In this document: piece by piece, positions 36,777-47,510 of the stretch
Layout of the letters: each line of letters opens with the position of its first letter
Numbering within the stretch: the stretch's first letter is position 1
Assembly: GCA_049643885.1 (NCBI GenBank)
Contig: JBARQV010000029.1
Coordinates: forward strand, 24,997 to 88,996
Direction of reading: 5' to 3'
DNA from: Candidatus Omnitrophota bacterium
GTDB lineage: Bacteria > Omnitrophota > Gorgyraeia > Tantalellales > Tantalellaceae
DNA: 64,000 nt
The notes under the pieces: generated by a model
Database searches by the model: none
The model's input: only the letters and a program-made list of their open reading frames with translations
What the model was told of the DNA's origin: nothing
Made by a program: the position numbers and the translations under genes

Positions 36777-38330
36777 TTATTTTTTAGTTTTCCTGCTTTT
36801 CTGGAACAAACGATTAATAGCCTTAAGATAGGCCAGGACGCTGGCTTCAATAACATCGGTGCTTGTCCCTCTTCCAATAACTACATCACCGGTAAAATCG
36901 ACCTTTACGTAGGCCTCTCCAAGGGCATCCTTGCCCCTTGTGACGGCGTTCACCTTGTAATCGACAAGCTTCCCTTTCCGGCCGATGGCTTTATCGATCG
37001 TCTTGAAACACGCGTCTATGGGGCCGTCCCCTGTCGCGGTAGCGCTCAGTTTCTCTCCTCCCTTCTCCAGGTCTACTGTCGCCGAGGGGGAGATCCTGTT
37101 CCCACTTATCACCTGGAAGTTCTCAAGCTTGTACTTCTCCGGGATCGTGGCCAGTTCGTCCTCGACTATGGCCGCAAGGTCCTCATCATAGATCTTCGCT
37201 TTTTTATCCGCCAGGGCCTTGAACTTTGAAAACGCCTGCTCCAGTTCTTCTTTCGAAAGGTCATACCCAAGCTCCTTGAGCCTGTTCGAAAAAGCGTGGC
37301 GTCCGGAGAGCTTGCCGAGGACCAGCGTGCTACCTTTAAAACCCACGTCCTGCGGTTTTATTATTTCATAGGTGACCCTCTTCTTTAATATGCCGTCCTG
37401 GTGGATCCCCGCTTCATGGCTGAACGCGTTATCACCTATAATGGCCTTGTTAGGCTGGATCACTATACCCGTAAGCTTACTGACCAGACGGCTTGTCTTG
37501 TACAGGCCCTGTGTCTTTATGTTCGTGTCGATATTCCTGAAGATGTCCTTTCTCAACCTGATCCCCATAACGATCTCTTCAAGGGAAGCGTTCCCCGCCC
37601 TCTCACCAAGGCCGTTCATGGTGCACTCCACCTGTCTGGCGCCGTTCAGTACAGCTGCCAGTGAATTACTGACCCCGAGACCCAGATCATTATGACAATG
37701 GACGCTTATAACCGCTTTATTGATATTATCGACATTTTCCATGAGATGTTTTATTACATTCCCGAATTCCGCCGGAACAGAATATCCCACCGTATCAGGG
37801 ATATTCACGGTATTCGCGCCGGCATTTATCACAGCTTCCACGACCTGGGTAAGAAAATCCAGTTCGGTGCGCGAAGCGTCTTCCGGAGAGAACTCGATAT
37901 CAGACATCTTTTTCTTGGCGTACTTTACAGCCTCGACGGCGGTTTTCAGTATCTCTTCCTTGGCCTTTTTGAGCTTGTACTTCATGTGTATCTTGGAAGT
38001 GGCCAGGAAGACATGGATCCGCGGCTGCCTAGCTTTCTTGAGCGCTTCATAGGCGTCATCGATATCTTTTTTCACCGCCCTTGCCAAGCCGCAAATAACC
38101 GGCCTTTTGACATGCCTGGCCACGGTCTTTACCGCCTCCAAATCACCCGGGCTTGTCCTGGGGAAACCGGCTTCGATTATATCTACGCCGAGCTTGTCCA
38201 ACTGCAGAGCTATCTTTACTTTTTCATTCACGTTGAGGCTTGCCCCGGGAGTCTGCTCCCCGTCCCTTAACGTGGTATCGAATATGAGTATTTTATCTTT
38301 CTTCATCTTGTCCTCACTCACTCTAGCCAA
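36777..38330 (-). CDS. 2-isopropylmalate synthase or (R)-citramalate synthase, long form with C-terminal LeuA-dimer regulatory domain
   Basis: 517 aa with [10 protein letters not shown] and HCHNDLG motifs, at the end of the ilvBNC operon. Confidence 0.85.
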   Translation of the reverse strand: MARVSEDKMKKDKILIFDTTLRDGEQTPGASLNVNEKVKIALQLDKLGVDIIEAGFPRTSPGDLEAVKTVARHVKRPVICGLARAVKKDIDDAYEALKKARQPRIHVFLATSKIHMKYKLKKAKEEILKTAVEAVKYAKKKMSDIEFSPEDASRTELDFLTQVVEAVINAGANTVNIPDTVGYSVPAEFGNVIKHLMENVDNINKAVISVHCHNDLGLGVSNSLAAVLNGARQVECTMNGLGERAGNASLEEIVMGIRLRKDIFRNIDTNIKTQGLYKTSRLVSKLTGIVIQPNKAIIGDNAFSHEAGIHQDGILKKRVTYEIIKPQDVGFKGSTLVLGKLSGRHAFSNRLKELGYDLSKEELEQAFSKFKALADKKAKIYDEDLAAIVEDELATIPEKYKLENFQVISGNRISPSATVDLEKGGEKLSATATGDGPIDACFKTIDKAIGRKGKLVDYKVNAVTRGKDALGEAYVKVDFTGDVVIGRGTSTDVIEASVLAYLKAINRLFQKSRKTKK

Positions 38331-39307
38331 GGCATCATTTTCCGGAGGGTCTCCCCGATCTTTTCCACCGGATGCTGTTTTTCTTCTTCGGTGATCTTGT
38401 TATAGTTCGGCCTTCCTTCCTTGTTTTCCTTTATCCATTCTTCGGCGAACTTACCGGACTGTATCTCCTCAAGTATCCTCTTCATTTCCTGGCGTGTTTC
38501 CTGGTTGATGACCCGCTTACCCCTGGTGATATCACCGTACTCGGCAGTATCCGAAACCCTTTTCCGCATGCCGTAGATGCCGTACTTGTATATGAGATCA
38601 GTAATGAGTTTCAGTTCATGCAGGCATTCGAAATAAGCGATCTCCGGCTGGTATCCCGCGTTGACAAGGGTGTCGAAACCCGCTTTTATAAGTTCAGATG
38701 CACCGCCGCAAAGAACGGCCTGTTCACCGAAAAGATCCGTCTCTGTCTCTTCTTTGAAAGTCGTTTCGATCACGCCCGCTCTCGTCCCTCCGATACCTTT
38801 GGCGTAAGCCAGGGCCTTATCCTTGGCTTTTCCCGAAAAGTCCTGGAACACGGCTATGAGGCAGGGAACGCCTTTGCCCTGCTCGTACATCTCCCTGACC
38901 AGGGATCCCGGGCCTTTCGGCGCCACCATGAATACGTCCACGTTCTTGGGCGGCACTATTTGTTTAAAATGAATGTTGAAACCATGTGAAAAGACAAGCG
39001 ACTTGCCTTCGGCAAGGTTGGCCTCGATGGATCTCTTGTAGACGTCGGCCTGCACATGGTCCTGGGTCAGTATCTGGATGATACCGGCCTGTTTCGACGC
39101 GTCTTCCGCCGGAACAACATTGAAACCGTCTTCTACGGCTTTATCGTGATTCGGTGTGCCTTCCAGTTCGCTGACCAGGACATCGATCCCGCTGTCTCTC
39201 AGATTCAAAGCCTGCCCGCGGCCCTGTATGCCGTAACCTATGATAGCTACCTTTTCTGTTTTGATAACGTCCAAGTTGGCATCTTTATCGTAATACATTT
39301 TCGCCAT
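38318..39307 (-). CDS. ilvC: Ketol-acid reductoisomerase
   Basis: 329 aa with [17 protein letters not shown]. Confidence 0.95.
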   Translation of the reverse strand: MAKMYYDKDANLDVIKTEKVAIIGYGIQGRGQALNLRDSGIDVLVSELEGTPNHDKAVEDGFNVVPAEDASKQAGIIQILTQDHVQADVYKRSIEANLAEGKSLVFSHGFNIHFKQIVPPKNVDVFMVAPKGPGSLVREMYEQGKGVPCLIAVFQDFSGKAKDKALAYAKGIGGTRAGVIETTFKEETETDLFGEQAVLCGGASELIKAGFDTLVNAGYQPEIAYFECLHELKLITDLIYKYGIYGMRKRVSDTAEYGDITRGKRVINQETRQEMKRILEEIQSGKFAEEWIKENKEGRPNYNKITEEEKQHPVEKIGETLRKMMPWLE

Positions 39308-39341
39308 GATCTTCCTCCCCTTACTAACTATCCACTATCCA

Positions 39342-39830
39342 TTAAACATCTGACTGTAACGCGATCTTCCCGGTTCTTGCTATCTCAAGGATCCCGTACG
39401 GCCTCAAAAGCTCGACAAGAGCTTTGATCTTATGCTCATCTCCTGTTTCCTCTATGGTGATGGTCTTTTTCCCAATATCGATCACTTCGGCTCCGGTCGA
39501 GTCGACGATCTGTATTATTTTTTCGCGGATCTTTACGTTTTCGGCCTTGACCTTGATAAGGATAAGCTGCACATCGACATATTTTCCGTGAGTGAAATCC
39601 TGCACCCTTATAACGTCAATGAGCTTGTTCAACTGTTTCTTCACCTGTTCAAGGATCTTCTCATCAGCGTCGACCACTATGGTCATCCTTGAAACAGTCG
39701 GATCTTCGGTCTCTCCGACAGCAAGTGAATCGATGTTGAAACCGCGCGCGCTGAAAAGGCCCGCCACCCTGGCAAGAACACCGAACTTATTCTCGACTAA
39801 AACCGACAAAACAAATTTCTCCATCCCCAT
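39342..39830 (-). CDS. ilvN: Acetolactate synthase small (regulatory) subunit
   Basis: 162 aa with ACT domain VLSVLVENKFGVLARV. Confidence 0.9.
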   Translation of the reverse strand: MGMEKFVLSVLVENKFGVLARVAGLFSARGFNIDSLAVGETEDPTVSRMTIVVDADEKILEQVKKQLNKLIDVIRVQDFTHGKYVDVQLILIKVKAENVKIREKIIQIVDSTGAEVIDIGKKTITIEETGDEHKIKALVELLRPYGILEIARTGKIALQSDV

Positions 39831-39851
39831 CTCCTCTGTCTGAAGTCTGAA

Positions 39852-41546
39852 CTACGCGAGCCCATGTATCATGCGATCGATAGCTTCGCCGGCCGGAACC
39901 ATGGGAAACACGTTCTCTTCTCTTTCGATAAGAAAATCTACGACTACCGGGCCTTTTGTATTTAACGCCGTCCCAATGGCTTTCTTTACTTCGCTTTTCT
40001 TTGTGACCCTTATGCCCTTGGCACCGTAACTTTCGGCAAGCTTCACGAAATCAGGGCATATCGTGCAGCCCTTGTTAGCCAGTTTGGTGAAAGCATACCT
40101 TTTTTGGTAAAAGAGCTCCTGCCACTGGCGCACCATACCGAGATACCCGTTATTGAGTATCATTATCTTTACCGGTATCTTCTCTATAACGGCTGTCGCG
40201 AGTTCCTGTATGTTCATCTGGATGCTTCCGTCGCCTGCTATATCAATGACTATACTTTCGGGCTTGCCTACCTGCGCTCCGATAGCCGCGGGGAAACCAT
40301 ACCCCATAGTCCCGAGCCCGCCTGAAGATATCCAGGTCCTCGGCTTAGTATAGGCGTAGAATTGCGCGGCCCACATCTGGTTCTGTCCCACCTCGGTAGC
40401 AATGATCGCATCTTTATCTTTCGTCGCCTCGTTTATCTCTTCTATGATGTATTGAGGACGCAGATGTTCATCTTTTTTATATTTGAGCGGCAGCTCCTTC
40501 TTCCACTTGCTTATCGTTTTATGCCAGGCAGAGTAATCGCCTTTTTTCACCATCTTATTAAGTTCTTTCAGGACCATCTTGGCATCCCCGATAACAGGGA
40601 TATCTACCCTAACGTTTTTACCCACGCTTGAAGGGTCGATATCTATATGAGCTATGGTAGCGTTGGGCGCAAAATCTTCTACCCTACCGGTCACCCTGTC
40701 ATCAAACCTCGCGCCGACAGCTATAATAAGATCGGCGGCCTGGACCGCGTGATTCGCGTAAGCCGTCCCGTGCATCCCCAGCATGCCCAGACTGAGCGGG
40801 TCATCCCCGGGAAAAGCCCCCAGACCCATCATGGTCATTGTCACGGGTATATTCGTTTTCCTGACAAGCATGCTAAGCTCATCGCTTGCCTCCGAGAGTA
40901 TAACTCCTCCGCCGACATACAGGAGCGGTTTCTTGCTTCTTTCAATCGCTTTTGCTATTCTTTTTATCTGGCCGATATGACCTTTGTAAGTCGGCTTGTA
41001 CCCTCTTATATCTATCGATTTCGGGTATTTGAATTCCGCTTCATGCAGCTGGACATCGACCGGAAGATCGATAAGGACCGGGCCAGGCCTTCCTGTCCTA
41101 GCGATATGGAACGCTTCTTTTACGGTCCTGGCGAGTTCTTTCACGTCCTTTACAAGATAATTATGCTTGGTAATAGGACGGCTGATACCAACCATATCGG
41201 CTTCCTGGAAAGCATCGTTGCCTATGAGAGTAGACCTTACTTGTCCTGTTATGGCGACTATCGGCACGGAATCCATATAAGCCGTAGCTATACCCGTAAC
41301 CAGGTTTGTCGCTCCGGGACCGGATGTAGCCATGCAAACGCCGACCTTTCCGGTTGCGCGCGCGTATCCATCCGCCGCGTGCGCGGCACCCTGTTCATGT
41401 CTGGTCAATATGAATTTAAGTTTTTTTTCGCCGTAAAGCTTGTCAGTCAGAGGGATGACCGAACCGCCGGGATATCCAAAAATATGCGTCACGCCCTCTT
41501 CCAAAAGACTCTTGATCAATATCTCGGATCCTGTAATTTTCGCCAT
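39852..41546 (-). CDS. ilvB: Acetolactate synthase large subunit (ThDP-dependent)
   Basis: 564 aa with a ThDP motif (GDGS...NN) and an SD GGAGA 8 nt before the ATG. Confidence 0.9.
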   Translation of the reverse strand: MAKITGSEILIKSLLEEGVTHIFGYPGGSVIPLTDKLYGEKKLKFILTRHEQGAAHAADGYARATGKVGVCMATSGPGATNLVTGIATAYMDSVPIVAITGQVRSTLIGNDAFQEADMVGISRPITKHNYLVKDVKELARTVKEAFHIARTGRPGPVLIDLPVDVQLHEAEFKYPKSIDIRGYKPTYKGHIGQIKRIAKAIERSKKPLLYVGGGVILSEASDELSMLVRKTNIPVTMTMMGLGAFPGDDPLSLGMLGMHGTAYANHAVQAADLIIAVGARFDDRVTGRVEDFAPNATIAHIDIDPSSVGKNVRVDIPVIGDAKMVLKELNKMVKKGDYSAWHKTISKWKKELPLKYKKDEHLRPQYIIEEINEATKDKDAIIATEVGQNQMWAAQFYAYTKPRTWISSGGLGTMGYGFPAAIGAQVGKPESIVIDIAGDGSIQMNIQELATAVIEKIPVKIMILNNGYLGMVRQWQELFYQKRYAFTKLANKGCTICPDFVKLAESYGAKGIRVTKKSEVKKAIGTALNTKGPVVVDFLIEREENVFPMVPAGEAIDRMIHGLA

Positions 41547-41616
41547 TATGCAGTCTCCTACCCTATATTATTCTAGGTTATAATAGATAAAACTTCTATT
41601 CCTCATATGTCTAAAT

Positions 41617-41645
41617 AGTATATCCATATAGCAAAATTTTGTCAA
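41617..41645 (-). promoter_or_regulatory. Sigma-70 promoter TTGACA-N17-TATACT for the ilvBNC-leuA operon, read on the minus strand.
   Basis: Consensus -35, 17-nt spacer and a near-consensus -10, leaving about 70 nt of leader to the ilvB ATG. Confidence 0.5.
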
Positions 41646-41658
41646 GTGAAGTGAGACC

Positions 41659-41691
41659 CAGACTTAGCGAACGCCAGTGAAGCTAAGTCTG
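41659..41691. terminator. Perfect 10-bp-stem hairpin CAGACTTAGC-N13-GCTAAGTCTG downstream of alr. It could be an alr terminator or an insulator placed ahead of the ilv promoter.
   Basis: The inverted repeat is seen directly. The 3' flank on the minus strand is only weakly U-rich. Confidence 0.3.
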
Positions 41692-41700
41692 CCGGCCGAA

Positions 41701-41740
41701 CTTCATCCCGGGCGAGGCCGTTAGGCCGAGTCCCGGGATC
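41701..41740. repeat. Family 2 hairpin element, copy E, in inverted orientation: CTTCATCCCGGGCGAGGCCGTTAGGCCGAGTCCCGGGATC.
   Basis: Its reverse complement matches copy B's GATCCCGGATCTCGGCCTACGGCCTCGCCCGGGATGACAT. Confidence 0.6.
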
Positions 41741-41783
41741 TCTCCTATACATAAAGACAACTTATGAGGACGGGATTCTTCCA

Positions 41784-42923
41784 TCATTTGTAAATGCGGG
41801 GGACTCTGTCCGTTATGGACGATACGATCTCATAAGGTATGGTACCGGCAAGTCTTGCGACTTTCTCTACAGGGACATAAGACTTGCCCTGCCTTCCGAT
41901 CAACACCACTTCATCGCCTATCTTGACGTCTTTGACATGCCCTACGTCCAGGAGCGCCTGGTCCATGGTGACCACCCCTACTACCTTAACATGCTTACCC
42001 TTCACCAGGGCTTCGGCTTTATTCGAAAGTATGCGTCCATAACCGTCGGCATAGCCGATCGGGATAGTGGCGATCTTTGTATCTTTCCGGGTAATATGTG
42101 TTCTCCCGTAACTTATCGATCTGCCCGCCGGCGTGTCTTTGAGATAGACTATCCTGGTCTTAAGGTTCATTACCGGTTTGAGCTTGAACTTCATCCGGAA
42201 ACTTTCTTTCGGATATATACCATAAATAAGTATCCCCGGCCTTACCAGGTTCAGGTGCGATCCTTTCCAGTCGACTACCGCGATACTGTTAGCTGCGTGT
42301 TTATGTTTGACCCGGATGTCCTCTTTTTCCAGTTTTTCGATAATTTTTTCAAAATGATTGATCTGTGAACGGGTAAAGGATTTATCCCTGCCGGCGGAAG
42401 AAAAATGCGTATAAATACCTTCCAGCTCTATCGCTTTTTTCCCGCTGACTTTCTTTATAAATTCAAGAGCTTCCTCGTGCCATATACCTATCCGTCCCAT
42501 TCCGGTATCGATCTTTATATGAACTTTCGGACGTCTTTTTAACTTTTTGGCTATGGCCATAAGGTCCTTTAGCAACCTCTCATCGGCTAGCGTAAGTGTG
42601 ATCCCGCGCTTCACGGCCGCTTCGGCTTCGTCTTTAAGCACCGACCCCATGGCCAGTATGGGAACTTTTATGCCTGAAGCCCGCAGCTTAAGCGCTTCAT
42701 CGACTGTAGCTACCCCGAGGTAAGTTATCCCGTTCTCGACAAGGACCTTGCTTACCCGGCATATACCATGACCGTAAGCGTTAGCTTTGACTACCGCCAT
42801 TATCCCAACGTCCCCGCTCAACAGCTCACGGATACGGTCCAGGTTATAGCTGATCGCCTTCAGATCTATTTCCGCCCACGTAGGCCTGTAACTTCCGTTC
42901 TTCATATCCATTACCCATTCCAT
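41784..42923 (-). CDS. alr: Alanine racemase
   Basis: 379 aa with PLP-lysine motif AVVKANAYGHG. The true start may be 12 to 18 nt inside, at MDMKNG. Confidence 0.9.
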   Translation of the reverse strand: MEWVMDMKNGSYRPTWAEIDLKAISYNLDRIRELLSGDVGIMAVVKANAYGHGICRVSKVLVENGITYLGVATVDEALKLRASGIKVPILAMGSVLKDEAEAAVKRGITLTLADERLLKDLMAIAKKLKRRPKVHIKIDTGMGRIGIWHEEALEFIKKVSGKKAIELEGIYTHFSSAGRDKSFTRSQINHFEKIIEKLEKEDIRVKHKHAANSIAVVDWKGSHLNLVRPGILIYGIYPKESFRMKFKLKPVMNLKTRIVYLKDTPAGRSISYGRTHITRKDTKIATIPIGYADGYGRILSNKAEALVKGKHVKVVGVVTMDQALLDVGHVKDVKIGDEVVLIGRQGKSYVPVEKVARLAGTIPYEIVSSITDRVPRIYK

Positions 42924-42924
42924 T

Positions 42925-43067
42925 GTGCGGGTCCTGTCGCGAGGTGTCCTGCGCGCATCCGCATTTCATTTGTGCTGTACCCGGGTGCAAGCTATACAGT
43001 GCAGTATATTCCCTACCAGGGCCCCTCCGCCCGGTGTGGATCCTCCCTGTACGGGAACATACTGCAC
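42925..43067. repeat. Family 1 copy 3 in the alr leader: the first 39 bp or so match copies 1 and 2 (GTGCGGGTCCTGTCGC.AGGTGTCCTGCGCGC.TCCGC), followed by a unique highly structured segment.
   Basis: Shared core as stated. The unique part has inverted repeats GTGCAGTATATTCCC / GGGAACATACTGCAC and CTGTA...TACAG. Confidence 0.55.
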
Positions 43068-43120
43068 TATACTCTTTACTCCTTTATGTATGCACTCGAT
43101 CATCGAATACCCAACATCCA

Positions 43121-43798
43121 CTATCTTCTATCTCCCGTGATATTGCATTCCTTCGCATGCAAATATAACGGCTCTATCGTTTCCGGGTCATCTTTCATAT
43201 AACACGACCGTTTAAGCCCTATCCTCCCGATATGAGATGCCTTCGGGTACCAGTCAACGTTCTTATCGTAACTGACCAAAGGATGCCCCGCCAGCTTATC
43301 CTCGTACCTGTCCACACCATCGCCAAAAAACACCACTTCTTCTTCAAGGCTTTCCAATAGTTCCTCGACTGTCACCAAAAGGTAGTCGGTGATCCTCCTC
43401 GCCCCTTCGCCGGAACGGTCGTAAATGCAGGAATAAACTTTACCCTTGCGCGCGTCAAGCAAGGGAGCGATATTTTTTTCACTGGACGGAAAGTTCAAGG
43501 CCATCGCGTCCATCGAAGGGACACCCACTAATTTATTCTTAATGACCGCTGCCAAACCTTTGACCGTCGCTACCGCTATGCGCAGTCCGGTAAAAGAACC
43601 CGGCCCGATCCCAACGCACACCAGGTCTATGCCGGTGATCTTCCAGTCGAGTTTTTCCAATAGACCCTTAAAGGTCGGCACCAGGATCTCACTGTGCCCG
43701 ATGCCGACATCTTTATGAAATTCGGCTTTGACTTCCTCCCCTTCAAGGCAGGCAATGGTCAAATATTTCGTCGATGTATCAAAAGCAAGCGTCTTCAT
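43121..43798 (-). CDS. tsaB: tRNA threonylcarbamoyladenosine biosynthesis protein TsaB (YeaZ)
   Basis: 225 aa, a Kae1/YeaZ fold without the metal-binding HH. It overlaps tsaE by 4 nt. Confidence 0.85.
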   Translation of the reverse strand: MKTLAFDTSTKYLTIACLEGEEVKAEFHKDVGIGHSEILVPTFKGLLEKLDWKITGIDLVCVGIGPGSFTGLRIAVATVKGLAAVIKNKLVGVPSMDAMALNFPSSEKNIAPLLDARKGKVYSCIYDRSGEGARRITDYLLVTVEELLESLEEEVVFFGDGVDRYEDKLAGHPLVSYDKNVDWYPKASHIGRIGLKRSCYMKDDPETIEPLYLHAKECNITGDRR

Positions 43799-44250
43799 AA
43801 TCTTTCAATAACCGCTCTATACCGTTCTCCTACCGGATTGAACTCAAAGCGCCGTTTGGTCATATCTTCATGCGTGATCCTGATCTCCAAATACTCTTCC
43901 GGAAGAAGATCTTTTATCTTTTCGGCCCATTCGATGACCACGATGCCTTCATCATAAAAATAACGTTCATAGTCCAGCGTATCACTGAAACTACTCCGTT
44001 CCAGACGGTAGACATCAAAGTGATACAGTTTCTTCCTTCCGGAATATTCCTTCACGATGACAAAGGAAGGACTGTTCACGTAAAGATGATCCCCGACATC
44101 CAGCCCCTTAGCCAGGCCTTTCACGAACATGGTCTTTCCGGTCCCGAGATCGCCTATCAAGGCTATCACGTCACCGTTCTCCAGGCTGCCGGCTAGCCTG
44201 GCAGCTATGTCGATCGTCTCTTCAGGTGAATTCGTCGTTAACGTCTTCAT
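43795..44250 (-). CDS. tsaE: tRNA threonylcarbamoyladenosine biosynthesis ATPase TsaE (YjeE)
   Basis: P-loop GDLGTGKT. The start is probably MKTLTT, and the ORF-track extension to 44292 reads through the repeat. Confidence 0.8.
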   Translation of the reverse strand: MKTLTTNSPEETIDIAARLAGSLENGDVIALIGDLGTGKTMFVKGLAKGLDVGDHLYVNSPSFVIVKEYSGRKKLYHFDVYRLERSSFSDTLDYERYFYDEGIVVIEWAEKIKDLLPEEYLEIRITHEDMTKRRFEFNPVGERYRAVIERL

Positions 44251-44264
44251 ATCAATTTGGATGT

Positions 44265-44345
44265 ATGTCATCCCCGCGAAAGCGGGGATCACATAATAAT
44301 CTTACTTGATCCCGGATCCCGCCTGAGGCGGGTCCGGGATGACAT
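44265..44345. repeat. Family 2 element copy C: ATGTCATCCCCGCGAAAGCGGGGATCACAT ... TGATCCCGGATCCCGC-CTGAG-GCGGGTCCGGGATGACAT.
   Basis: Two hairpin modules with the conserved termini, in the tsaE-thiL intergenic region. Confidence 0.7.
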
Positions 44346-44368
44346 ATTTTCATTTCCTTCCAACTTCC

Positions 44369-45268
44369 TCAAAAGTGCCTAAACCCCTCGGCCCTAAGTT
44401 TGCTTACTTTCCCCTCTTTACCAACAAGAACAAGACCTTCTCGCTTGGGCCTTATTTCACCAATAATAAAATAATTCATCCTCCTGTTTTTCTGCAATTT
44501 CATATCAATAAAGAGCTTACGGGCTTCTCCAACCCTCATAGTGAAAAGCAGTTCAAAACTTTCCCCGTAGTAAAGTGCGTCTTCAAGTGAAAGCCCTTTT
44601 GAAAGAGGAACAGCCCCGCTATAAACAACACCGCCTGTTCCGCTTTCCTCGCATATGTGCCCCAGATCGGGACCGATACCATCGGAGACGTCTATCATCG
44701 AATTGATCTTATAATTTTTAGTAAGAAAACGGGCTTCCTCAAGCCGTGGAATAAAGGTCAGGTGCGTTTTTCTTCCATCTCTGACCGGCCCGGTCACCAG
44801 CACCAGATCTCCCGCCTTTGCGCCGGAACGCTCGACCAGGCGTTTCTTTTCCACTAAACCCATGATAGAGACGTCAATGACAAGTTTTTTTGACCTGTCG
44901 GTATCGCCGCCTATTATCTTGATGCCGTACTCCGAACATATATCAAAAACGCCGTCGCAGACAGCACGGATCGACCCCTGGCTCATCCCCGGGGGGATCC
45001 CCAAGGTCATCGAAATGTATTTCGGCACACCCCCCATCGCCGCAATATCGCTGACATTGACCGCGACCGCTTTCCTTCCTATTCTTTTACAGCCGTCTTT
45101 CTTTATGTTAAAATGCGTGCCTTCCACAAGCATGTCCGTACCCCAGAGAAGATATTTCTCTTTATTATATTCAAGGACGGCACAATCGTCTCCGATACCT
45201 GATTTTACAGGTTTTCCGGGCTTTCCCGCCCTTTTCTTTATCTCCGCGATCAGATCTCGTTCCCTCAT
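44369..45268 (-). CDS. thiL: Thiamine-monophosphate kinase
   Basis: AIR synthase-related fold with motif GDDCAVLEY. The start is probably MRERDLIAEIKK; the ORF track continues 18 nt further into repeat B, to 45286. Confidence 0.85.
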   Translation of the reverse strand: MRERDLIAEIKKRAGKPGKPVKSGIGDDCAVLEYNKEKYLLWGTDMLVEGTHFNIKKDGCKRIGRKAVAVNVSDIAAMGGVPKYISMTLGIPPGMSQGSIRAVCDGVFDICSEYGIKIIGGDTDRSKKLVIDVSIMGLVEKKRLVERSGAKAGDLVLVTGPVRDGRKTHLTFIPRLEEARFLTKNYKINSMIDVSDGIGPDLGHICEESGTGGVVYSGAVPLSKGLSLEDALYYGESFELLFTMRVGEARKLFIDMKLQKNRRMNYFIIGEIRPKREGLVLVGKEGKVSKLRAEGFRHF

Positions 45269-45278
45269 ATCTCCACTA

Positions 45279-45375
45279 GATGTCATCCCGGACGAGCCCG
45301 AAGGGCTCGATCCGGGACCAAGTAAAATTATTATGTGATCCCGGATCTCGGCCTACGGCCTCGCCCGGGATGACA
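45279..45375. repeat. Family 2 composite element, copy B (about 97 bp).
   Basis: ATGTCATCCCGGACGAGCCC-GAA-GGGCTCGATCCGGGACCAAGTAAAATTATTATGTGATCCCGGATCTCGGCCTACGGCCTCGCCCGGGATGACAT. It overlaps the mtnA 3' end and the thiL ORF-track start. Confidence 0.7.
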
Positions 45376-46398
45376 TGCTTTACGTATCTTCTCCCTGTCC
45401 GGTTTCCTGATTGTCCCCCGCTCCGTGATGATCGCCGTGATCAATTTCGCCGGTGTCACGTCGAACGCGGGATTCTTTACATCCACATTTTTCGGCATTA
45501 TGTATTCTTTTCCTATTTTCCTGACCTCAGATGCAGGGCGCTCTTCGATGGGTATCGCCGAGCCGCCGGGCAACGCGAGGTCAAATGTAGAAACAGGAGC
45601 CGCGACGTAAAATGGTATCTTGTGATAAGCGGCCAATACGGCCAGGTTGTACGTGCCTATTTTGTTCGCCGTGTCACCGTTAGCGGCGATGCGGTCTGCC
45701 CCCACTATGACGGCATCGAATTCTCTCTTACCCATCAAAGAAGCCGCCATGTTATCGCATATAACCGTTACCGGCACGCCCTCTTTCATCAGTTCCCACG
45801 CGGTAAGTCTGGCCCCCTGCAGCCTTGGCCGCGTCTCGTCGACGTAAACCCTGCGAACCTTCTTTCCGGCAGAGAAAACCACGCCCAGGGCCGTGCCGTA
45901 TCCGCCCGTGGCCAGCCCTCCCGCGTTGCAGTGAGTCAGGACAACCGCTCCTTCCGGTATCAACTTTTTGCCGTATTCTCCTATCCTGCGGCAGACCCGC
46001 GTATCTTCTCGAAGTATCGAATGGGCTTCTTCCAGAATGATCTTCTTGATCCGCTCTACCTTCTTTTCCCTGTTCCTGACAACTACACTGGCCACGCGTT
46101 CAAGGGCCCAAAAAAGATTACGCGCGGTCGGCCGGGCGCCGGCAAGATATTTTATCGTTCTATCCAGGTCCCTGCTAAAAGCGGAAAAAGTCTTCGCCCT
46201 GCTTTTCCTCGCGCCCAAGTATACCCCGTACGCGCCGGCTATGCCGATCGCCGGCGCTCCACGGACCTTCATCTCCCTTATGGCTTCGAACACGTCTTTC
46301 ACATTTCTGCAGGCGATATAACTGGTCTTGCCGGGAAGGAGCCTCTGGTCTATCAACTCTAATTTTGCGTTTTTCCAGCGGATCGGTTCAACCTTCAT
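45331..46398 (-). CDS. mtnA: S-methyl-5-thioribose-1-phosphate isomerase (eIF-2B alpha/beta/delta-like)
   Basis: 355 aa with motif GAPAIGIAGAYG. The last approximately 15 codons run through repeat B. Confidence 0.8.
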   Translation of the reverse strand: MKVEPIRWKNAKLELIDQRLLPGKTSYIACRNVKDVFEAIREMKVRGAPAIGIAGAYGVYLGARKSRAKTFSAFSRDLDRTIKYLAGARPTARNLFWALERVASVVVRNREKKVERIKKIILEEAHSILREDTRVCRRIGEYGKKLIPEGAVVLTHCNAGGLATGGYGTALGVVFSAGKKVRRVYVDETRPRLQGARLTAWELMKEGVPVTVICDNMAASLMGKREFDAVIVGADRIAANGDTANKIGTYNLAVLAAYHKIPFYVAAPVSTFDLALPGGSAIPIEERPASEVRKIGKEYIMPKNVDVKNPAFDVTPAKLITAIITERGTIRKPDREKIRKACHPGRGRRPRSGIT

Positions 46399-46411
46399 GC
46401 ATTTTCCTTGT

Positions 46412-47509
46412 CTAAGTCCCTATACTCCTGGCAAGAAACACCAGGATGACCATTCCTATGTTATGAGCGATATGCACCGACATGCAGGAAATAAGCGAAC
46501 CCGTCTTCTCATACAAAAAGGCCAGGAGAAGCCCCAGCATCATGATCGGTAAAAATCCAACAACGTGAGTATGTAAAATTGAAAAAACAGCCGATGTAAT
46601 GATCATCGCCCAGAATATACCAAAAGTCTTCTTAATAGCGCCGTACATGAACCCGCGGAAAAAGATCTCCTCGGCGATAGGGCCGAATATAGCCGCGAAA
46701 AGCGTGGACATCAAGAGGATGGTAGGTTCCTTCTCTTTCATAAAGATCTCCACGATAGGCTGGACCGGCGGTTCGTAGGCGAACCATTTGATCACGAAAT
46801 ACGTGACCAGCATTATGCCCAGGAGGATAGGGACAAGCGTCACGTAACCGATCATAGCGTAAAAGACGTTTTTCGCAAACCCTTTCAGGGTAAGGCCGAT
46901 AGCGTTTATACTCTGCCTGTACTTCTTTACGATAAAATAGAATATGACGCTTATCCCGACTACGTTCATCATAGCCGTGTCGAATACCATCCGGAAATTT
47001 TCGTTCTTCAGGATCGGGATCCACCGGGCTATCATAGCCTGGAGGATCACGAAAACATACCCGAAAGACAGGAATATCAAGGTGACCCGGACGACATCGG
47101 CTACCGTCCACTTCGCGGATTCCGGCCTGTTAGTCCCGATATCAAGAGGTTTACGGCGCAGCCATCTGCCGAGGAAATATCCATCCAAAAGAAGGCCCAT
47201 GAATATCACAAAAAGTATGAAAAGGTTAAGTACAGCTACGAAAAAGTATAACCGCGGATCCGTCTTGGCCAGTTCTTCTATTCTTTTCTCCCTTTCCTTG
47301 GACGCTTCATCGGAATAGTAGTCTTTTTCTTCCTGGGGAGCAGGCTTCTCTTCGACCTGCTGCTGTACGACCGTCGGCTCCTCAATGCTCTCATCAGACT
47401 CTTTGCCCACAAAAACCGCCGTGTTTATCAATATGATAAACACGACCAGAACGGCGTATAATTTGTTTTTCCTTATTATTCCCAAGATCTTTCTAAGAAA
47501 CATATTCAA
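46412..47509 (-). CDS. CPBP family (CAAX/Abi) intramembrane glutamic metalloprotease
   Basis: Motifs EExxFRG, FxxxH and HxxxN (AEEIFFRGF, FSILHT, HIAHN) across multiple TM helices. Confidence 0.8.
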   Translation of the reverse strand: MNMFLRKILGIIRKNKLYAVLVVFIILINTAVFVGKESDESIEEPTVVQQQVEEKPAPQEEKDYYSDEASKEREKRIEELAKTDPRLYFFVAVLNLFILFVIFMGLLLDGYFLGRWLRRKPLDIGTNRPESAKWTVADVVRVTLIFLSFGYVFVILQAMIARWIPILKNENFRMVFDTAMMNVVGISVIFYFIVKKYRQSINAIGLTLKGFAKNVFYAMIGYVTLVPILLGIMLVTYFVIKWFAYEPPVQPIVEIFMKEKEPTILLMSTLFAAIFGPIAEEIFFRGFMYGAIKKTFGIFWAMIITSAVFSILHTHVVGFLPIMMLGLLLAFLYEKTGSLISCMSVHIAHNIGMVILVFLARSIGT

Positions 47510-47510
47510 A

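Noticed and set aside
41547-41616. Leader-peptide or T-box attenuator in the ilvB leader
   Set aside because: The leader between the TTGACA-N17-TATACT promoter and the ilvB ATG is only about 70 nt. It has no small ORF rich in Ile/Val/Leu codons and no T-box features. The strong palindrome lies upstream of the promoter, not in the leader.
42985-43040. Small ORF (MFPYREDPHRAEGPW) in the alr leader
   Set aside because: The nearest SD-like AAGGAG is 18 nt away. The peptide lies within a strongly structured repeat segment and is not conserved with the other repeat copies.
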